A stretch of 64,000 nucleotides of DNA, from the NCBI GenBank assembly GCA_964386355.1, contig CAYLQQ010000004.1, forward strand, positions 7,505-71,504, read 5' to 3'. The DNA is from an uncultured Pseudomonadales bacterium (GTDB taxonomy: Bacteria; Patescibacteriota; Microgenomatia; UBA1400; UBA1449). The position numbers were made by a program, and so were the translations under genes. The notes beneath the pieces were generated by a model, which was not told the origin of the DNA, searched no databases, and saw only the letters and a program-made list of their open reading frames with translations. Below, piece after piece: positions 58,920 to 64,000 of the stretch; position 1 is the stretch's first letter; each line of letters starts with the position of its first letter.

Positions 58920-61355
58920 TTATTTATCATCATTCCAATCAGCCATTGTTTTGGGAGTACTGGTAGTCATTGGACGTCCTCCACCTTGTGAACCGAAACC
59001 TGGCTTGGGTCCGAAATCACGACGCTGTCCAAATCCTCCGCGGTTGCCTCTATCTCCTCCACGATCTCCACCTCGGCCCCCGAATCCTCCTCTATCTCTT
59101 CCTCCACCACTATAACCTCCACGTGATCCGCCTCTGTCTCCTCCGCCGAATCCACCGCGTGATCCGCCACCGAATCCGCCTCCGCGCTCGCGACCGCCTC
59201 CGCGTTCCATAGCACTTTGGCGTGATTTTTCGATATCATCACCAAACAGCATCGATAAGTTGACTCTTCCCATGTCATCTATCTCATCAACTCTGACTTT
59301 TACAGTCTGACCTTCCTCAACCACATCATGGGGATCAGATACAAATCCAACAGCCATCTTTGAGACATGAATAAGACCTTCCCTGCCAGGAATAACCTCA
59401 GCAAAAGCGCCAAAGTTCATCATACGGGTAATTTTGGCATTCTCAAACACCTCGCCTACCTTAAGCTCACGGGTAATACCTTCAACCCAATCAACTGCTT
59501 GTTTCAGTTTGTCTTCATCCTTAGAAGTAATAACAACCCTACCTTCATCATTGATATCAATCTCGGCGCCAGTTGCTTCAATAATTGCCCGGATAATCCG
59601 TCCGCCCGGACCGATGACTTCACCGATCTGGTCTTTGGCAACGTGCAGAACTTTGATCTTGGGAGCATATCTAGATACTGTAGCCCTGGGAGTACTAATC
59701 AAAGCTGTCATTTTATCAAGGATAAATAGACGGGCATCTTTTGCCTGATCAAGAGCCTGTGACATGACCGCTGTTGTGATTCCTTTAACTTTAATATCCA
59801 TTTGGACAGCCGTTATACCATCAGCAGTACCAGCTACTTTAAAGTCCATATCGCCGATATGATCTTCAAGACCTTGTATATCAGTCAAAACCACGTATTC
59901 ACCTTCGACAATTCCCCGCTCTTCGGATTTAACCATCAGTCCCATTGCAATACCAGCCACCGGTTTTTTGATGGGTACTCCTGCATCCATAAGTGAAAGC
60001 GTAGAACCGCAGGTAGAAGCCATCGATGTGGAACCGTTTGAGGTTACACATTCTGAGACAACCCGAATGGTGTAGGGAAATTCTTCCTCAGAGGGTAGTA
60101 CGGGAATAAGTGCGCGCTCTGCCAGTGCCCCATGCCCAATCTCTCGCCGGGAAGGACTACCCATTCTGCCTGTTTCGCCAACTGAGAAAGGTGGCATGCT
60201 GTAATGATGAATGTAGCGTTTTTCTATCTCACGATCCATGAGCTCAACTGTCTGAGACAGTGAAGGAGCGCCCAAAGTCGTGATAGTCAGAGCTTGTGTT
60301 TCTCCGCGCCTGAACATGCCACTTCCATGAGTTCTTGGTAATAAGCTGACATCAACACTTAAAGGTCGTATCTCAGTCAATTTGCGTCCGTCAAGACGAA
60401 CCTTACGGTCAATAATCTTGTCCCGAGCAGATTGCTTGAACATTTTTTCTAAGATATCTTTTAACCGACTCTTTTTTAGCTCCTGATCCTTAAACTGTTC
60501 CATGATCTGGTCAGCTATAGCAAAGAGGGGTGTTTTATTGATCTTTCCTGCTTTTTCATTGGCAAGAAGTTCATCTATCACAGGTTGAGCCAGCTTGGTA
60601 AGTTCTTTTTCTACTTTCTCATCCAAAGGAGCAGCTTTTTCAACCACAATTTTTTCCTTACCGACTTTTTCTACCAGTCGGTTAATGGATTCGATAATGT
60701 GTTGTGCTTCACCCTTTGCAAAATCTAGGGCTTTAACCATGTCCTGCTCTAATGCTTCTTTGGCACCACCTTCAACCATAACAATTGCATCTTTGCTTGC
60801 AGATACTGTCAAATCTAACTTAGATTCCTTACGTGCTTCATAGCTGGGATTGGCATGTAAATCTCCATTTTGGTCCATAATGACACGGATACCGGCTAAA
60901 GGCCCTTCCCAAGGTAAACCTGAGATAGCCAAAGCTGCCGATGCTGTAGAAATTGCCAGGACATCAATATCATGTTCGTAATCTAAAGACAGGGGGGTTA
61001 ATACCACCTGAACTTCAGCTTTATAACCGTCAGAAAATAGGGGACGGATAGAACGGTCTATCACTCTACCTGTTAGGGTTGCTTCATCGCTGGGTCTGCC
61101 TTCGCGCTTCACCCAACGTGAGCCTTTGATCTTTCCTCCTGCCCAAAGTTTTTCGGCAAATTCTACTTGTAAAGGAAAGTAGTCAAGGTCATCACGCATC
61201 CCGCCACCTACGACGGTTGCCAAAACCATGTTATCACCGCTTCGTCCCACGACGGCGGCAGTTGCGAGAGTGGCTAATCTGCCAACCTCAAATGTGATCT
61301 CGCTGCCATTTATCTTGGCAGTCTCTGTCACAAATTCTTGTGCGTTTGCACTCAT
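58920..61355 (-). CDS. pnp: polyribonucleotide nucleotidyltransferase with RGG-rich tail
   Basis: FPLQV, RSIRPLF, RREIGHG, GDMDFKVAGT, KH and S1 domains. Confidence 0.98.
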   Translation of the reverse strand: MSANAQEFVTETAKINGSEITFEVGRLATLATAAVVGRSGDNMVLATVVGGGMRDDLDYFPLQVEFAEKLWAGGKIKGSRWVKREGRPSDEATLTGRVIDRSIRPLFSDGYKAEVQVVLTPLSLDYEHDIDVLAISTASAALAISGLPWEGPLAGIRVIMDQNGDLHANPSYEARKESKLDLTVSASKDAIVMVEGGAKEALEQDMVKALDFAKGEAQHIIESINRLVEKVGKEKIVVEKAAPLDEKVEKELTKLAQPVIDELLANEKAGKINKTPLFAIADQIMEQFKDQELKKSRLKDILEKMFKQSARDKIIDRKVRLDGRKLTEIRPLSVDVSLLPRTHGSGMFRRGETQALTITTLGAPSLSQTVELMDREIEKRYIHHYSMPPFSVGETGRMGSPSRREIGHGALAERALIPVLPSEEEFPYTIRVVSECVTSNGSTSMASTCGSTLSLMDAGVPIKKPVAGIAMGLMVKSEERGIVEGEYVVLTDIQGLEDHIGDMDFKVAGTADGITAVQMDIKVKGITTAVMSQALDQAKDARLFILDKMTALISTPRATVSRYAPKIKVLHVAKDQIGEVIGPGGRIIRAIIEATGAEIDINDEGRVVITSKDEDKLKQAVDWVEGITRELKVGEVFENAKITRMMNFGAFAEVIPGREGLIHVSKMAVGFVSDPHDVVEEGQTVKVRVDEIDDMGRVNLSMLFGDDIEKSRQSAMERGGGRERGGGFGGGSRGGFGGGDRGGSRGGYSGGGRDRGGFGGRGGDRGGDRGNRGGFGQRRDFGPKPGFGSQGGGRPMTTSTPKTMADWNDDK

Positions 61356-61647
61356 ACATAATAATCTTTACGGTGGAAGGAATTGTGTTGAGAAGAAGGA
61401 AAAAAAGTGAATGACACCTGTTTTCTTTCCTCTCAATGTCCTTTCAATTCAAAACCACAGAAAAGAGATAATAATAATAAGAAGAGAGATAATTTCCCTC
61501 TTTTTGTAAAAATAACGCTACTGAAAAATCAAAGTTACTAATTTAACCGTACTATACATATCATCAAATGAATCGGAGTCCTCCATAAAAGAGGAAGCAC
61601 TATCCTGAATATCAATCCATTAAATTTAGATTTGATTATGCGGAGTT

Positions 61648-61917
61648 TTAGTTTTTCAATTTCAGCTTCTTGATCAGCTCTTTGTACCGGGCATTCTCTT
61701 TGACTGATAGGTAGTTTAATAGTCTGCGTCTTTTAGAAACCATGGACAATAATCCTTTTCTGGAATGGACATCTTTTCGGTGAAGTTTGAGATGCTCGGT
61801 GAGCTTATTGATAGTGTAGGTCAGAAGGGCTACTTGGACCTCAGGGCTGCCTGTATCGCCATCTTTTGTCGCAAAATCTTTAATGATCTTTTGTTTGTCG
61901 TCGTTTGCTAGTGACAT
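61648..61917 (-). CDS. rpsO: 30S ribosomal protein S15
   Basis: [29 protein letters not shown]. Confidence 0.98.
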   Translation of the reverse strand: MSLANDDKQKIIKDFATKDGDTGSPEVQVALLTYTINKLTEHLKLHRKDVHSRKGLLSMVSKRRRLLNYLSVKENARYKELIKKLKLKN

Positions 61918-62209
61918 ATGTCTTCCGTAAATTAGCTATATAGCAATATATATGCCGATTTAGGATCGATTCCCAATTATGGGAAATTTATTACATTCTA
62001 TAAATTTTTCTCCTTGTTAAAGGAGACAGGCGCAGTCAAGTGTTTATACACATGACGCATACCTGAGGATTTTATGCTTCGTACTATACTTGTACCTACA
62101 GATAAAACCCATCTGCCTCGACTTCGTTGTGGGCGTCTTCCCTTAACAGGGAAGGAAACTAGATATCAACACTGCGTATTGTATCAGGAAAAAAGTAAAG
62201 TGCAATTCA

Positions 62210-62500
62210 CTAGTATTCATCAGGATGGGTTGAATACGTATGACCTTCTTTACCAGGAAAGTAACGCTTTAATGCATTAACTAAATCACAATATGCTTCA
62301 TTAGTATAAACTTCTATATTATAAGTTGTTTGTCCCCCCGCATTACAACCAACACGGTTCCTATTACACCACTTAAGCATTTCCTCCCATTGGTGATAAG
62401 TTAGCTGATCTACGGTACGTGTAGTTTCAACAGGTCTGTAACAAAAGGCTCGTTCCATCGTGGGTACTCCAGAAGTACGACCATCTTCACAGTGTGTCAT
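62210..62500 (-). CDS. hypothetical protein
   Basis: 96-aa ATG ORF co-oriented with neighbours. Confidence 0.45.
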   Translation of the reverse strand: MTHCEDGRTSGVPTMERAFCYRPVETTRTVDQLTYHQWEEMLKWCNRNRVGCNAGGQTTYNIEVYTNEAYCDLVNALKRYFPGKEGHTYSTHPDEY

Positions 62501-62735
62501 ATGTTACTATTTTGGCAGTTCTTTTTTTGTTTTAGTAAATTTCTACGGGCTCATTCCTATAGTTTTCTATTATTGTATGTAAACTTGTCTAAAAATGAAA
62601 TATAAAATAAATTTTGAGCCATCTACACCCATGATCCTACACTCTGAATGGAATGAAACATCCAATAGTAACTACTGATAAAAGTACTATAAATACTCTC
62701 ACAGCAGAATATTTAAGATAAGTAGAGGCAATATT

Positions 62736-63362
62736 CTAGCCTTGTGTTTGCTCGGTATGATGCCGCTCCCAACCTGTTACAAGAGCTTGAAATTGTTCCT
62801 GTGTTATCTGACCTTTATCTAAAGCAATAGCCATATCAATTCGAATTTGAGGCATTTCTGCAACATTTGCCTTGTGAATATCATCTACAAATTCATCAAC
62901 GCTATTTCTAATTTTATACGGCCCATCGGGATCATCTATTGAATCAGGATACATTTCAGCCATTCGCTTAGCTTGTTCTCTAAGAGCTATTGAATCAGGA
63001 TACATTTCAGCCATTCGCTTAGCTTGTTCTTTAGCAGCTAATGCTCTTTGGACTTTTCTATAATTATACGCATCAAGGTTAGTCTCTCTTAATCCTTCCA
63101 TCATTGCTTTGAACTCATCAAAATACTCTTCATACAATTCGGCATGAATTCCGTATTTATCTTTTAATCTATTTTCTACTTGCTCCTCATACGCTAACCA
63201 AGCTTTTTCAAGACCTTCGTTGTGTTTAGTGTAATCTACTGCAGTATCAATTTTCGCCCCAGAGGCTTCAGTGCTTGTGCCCGTTTCTACTGGTGTCTCT
63301 ATATTATCTATTTGAGGGGATGATTTAATTACTTCATGTTCTGGTGAAAATTCTGCTTCCAT
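62736..63362 (-). CDS. hypothetical acidic helical protein with an internal duplication
   Basis: 208 aa; EQAKRMAEMYPDSI occurs twice. Confidence 0.6.
   Translation of the reverse strand: MEAEFSPEHEVIKSSPQIDNIETPVETGTSTEASGAKIDTAVDYTKHNEGLEKAWLAYEEQVENRLKDKYGIHAELYEEYFDEFKAMMEGLRETNLDAYNYRKVQRALAAKEQAKRMAEMYPDSIALREQAKRMAEMYPDSIDDPDGPYKIRNSVDEFVDDIHKANVAEMPQIRIDMAIALDKGQITQEQFQALVTGWERHHTEQTQG
62936..63030. repeat. exact 44-nt direct repeat, 51-nt period
   Basis: CTATTGAATCAGGATACATTTCAGCCATTCGCTTAGCTTGTTCT at 62936 and 62987. Confidence 0.95.
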
Positions 63363-63423
63363 ATATGCAATATGTTATATTTTATTACAATATTAATTTA
63401 ACATACTGTTTGATCGATAGGAA

Positions 63424-64000
63424 CTAACTCTGTCCCCCCCTATATATTTTAGGTTCTAGCCAGTCGGCTGGCGCTTGAGATGTTCTACTATCATCTGCAT
63501 TTTCTTGTGATTTATTGGTTTCTGAATGAGCAGGCATTTGACTTGCTGTCACCGGTGGTGTTTGTGGTGCTGGATTAAATGGTTGTGGCGTAAAGGGAGC
63601 ATTATACGAGGGTGCTTGTGGTGGCACATATGCAGGCGGGTTCGTATACGGTTGTTGATTGTACCCACCCACTTGAGCTCCAAATGGCGAGTTCCCAAAC
63701 CCTGGTTGTTGTTGCAGAGGCATTGTCAGGTGGTTACGTCTTCCACCTTCTTTCATACACCATGCAATTGCAGCAAAGGTATCTGCGTTTGTTTTGGCAG
63801 CAAAGTTGTTCGTCGCTGCTTCAATACCGGCAATTAGGTTGGTACATAAATCCCCATCCACAGGGAATTTTAAAAACCTTATCAGTTTAGAAACAATCTC
63901 ACTTGTACCCGAAGCTTGTTGCTCAACAACGTTTATGCTCCCAAATGCCTGACCACGCATATCACCAGAGATAATGATAGAATCTCTGTCTGCAAACAGG
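63424..64000 (-). CDS. DHH/NrnA-like phosphoesterase homologue, 5'-partial, with Pro/Gln-rich tail
   Basis: Frame open to the window end; GSIN.V...ASGTSEIV..LI...D.D..TNL.AGI...T.NF...T.ADTF matches the DHH C-terminal half. Confidence 0.6.
   Translation of the reverse strand, partial: LFADRDSIIISGDMRGQAFGSINVVEQQASGTSEIVSKLIRFLKFPVDGDLCTNLIAGIEAATNNFAAKTNADTFAAIAWCMKEGGRRNHLTMPLQQQPGFGNSPFGAQVGGYNQQPYTNPPAYVPPQAPSYNAPFTPQPFNPAPQTPPVTASQMPAHSETNKSQENADDSRTSQAPADWLEPKIYRGGQS

Noticed and set aside
4622-61410. Many plus-strand ORFs antisense to ribosomal, rpo, fusA, ftsK and pnp genes (e.g. 51609-52235, 18752-19228, 29405-29833)
   Set aside because: Shadow frames of well-conserved genes with no recognisable motifs
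1-64000. Alternative genetic code (UGA=Gly) as in Gracilibacteria/Absconditabacteria
   Set aside because: All conserved genes are full length under code 11, and mltG ends in TGA at the expected position
1-64000. CRISPR array, tRNA, rRNA, transposase or reverse transcriptase
   Set aside because: No repeat-spacer periodicity, cloverleaf, rRNA signature or relevant protein motif seen by eye

Overview
A low-GC bacterial chromosome segment that looks like Patescibacteria (CPR), most plausibly Microgenomates. This rests on the absence of rpmD/L30 between rpsE and rplO, a truncated AlaRS, an archaeal-type CoaD fusion, a protease-less Lon, an FtsA-like/baseplate-J-like protein and few Shine-Dalgarno sites. 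The taxon is inferred from gene content, not from a search. Genetic code 11 reads cleanly. Positions 4.3-38.7 kb hold the minus-strand ribosomal supercluster (rpoB-rpoC-rpsL-rpsG-fusA, tuf-rpsJ, S10-spc-alpha genes, rplM-rpsI), interrupted by accessory genes. Positions 39-62 kb hold mltG, nadD/nadE, yqgF, a sortase, alaS, ftsK, rnj, pnp and rpsO. I saw no rRNA, tRNA, CRISPR array or transposase. The strongest unexplained signals are non-coding: twin covarying two-hairpin elements directly before the rpmC and rplP start codons; promoter-leader-terminator (attenuator-like) arrangements before rplC and rpoB; many intergenic 7/8-nt periodic repeat tracts with different consensus sequences, one inside rpsE; and -10 boxes 5-7 nt before ATG, suggesting leaderless expression. 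All calls were made by eye from motifs, with no database search or folding program.
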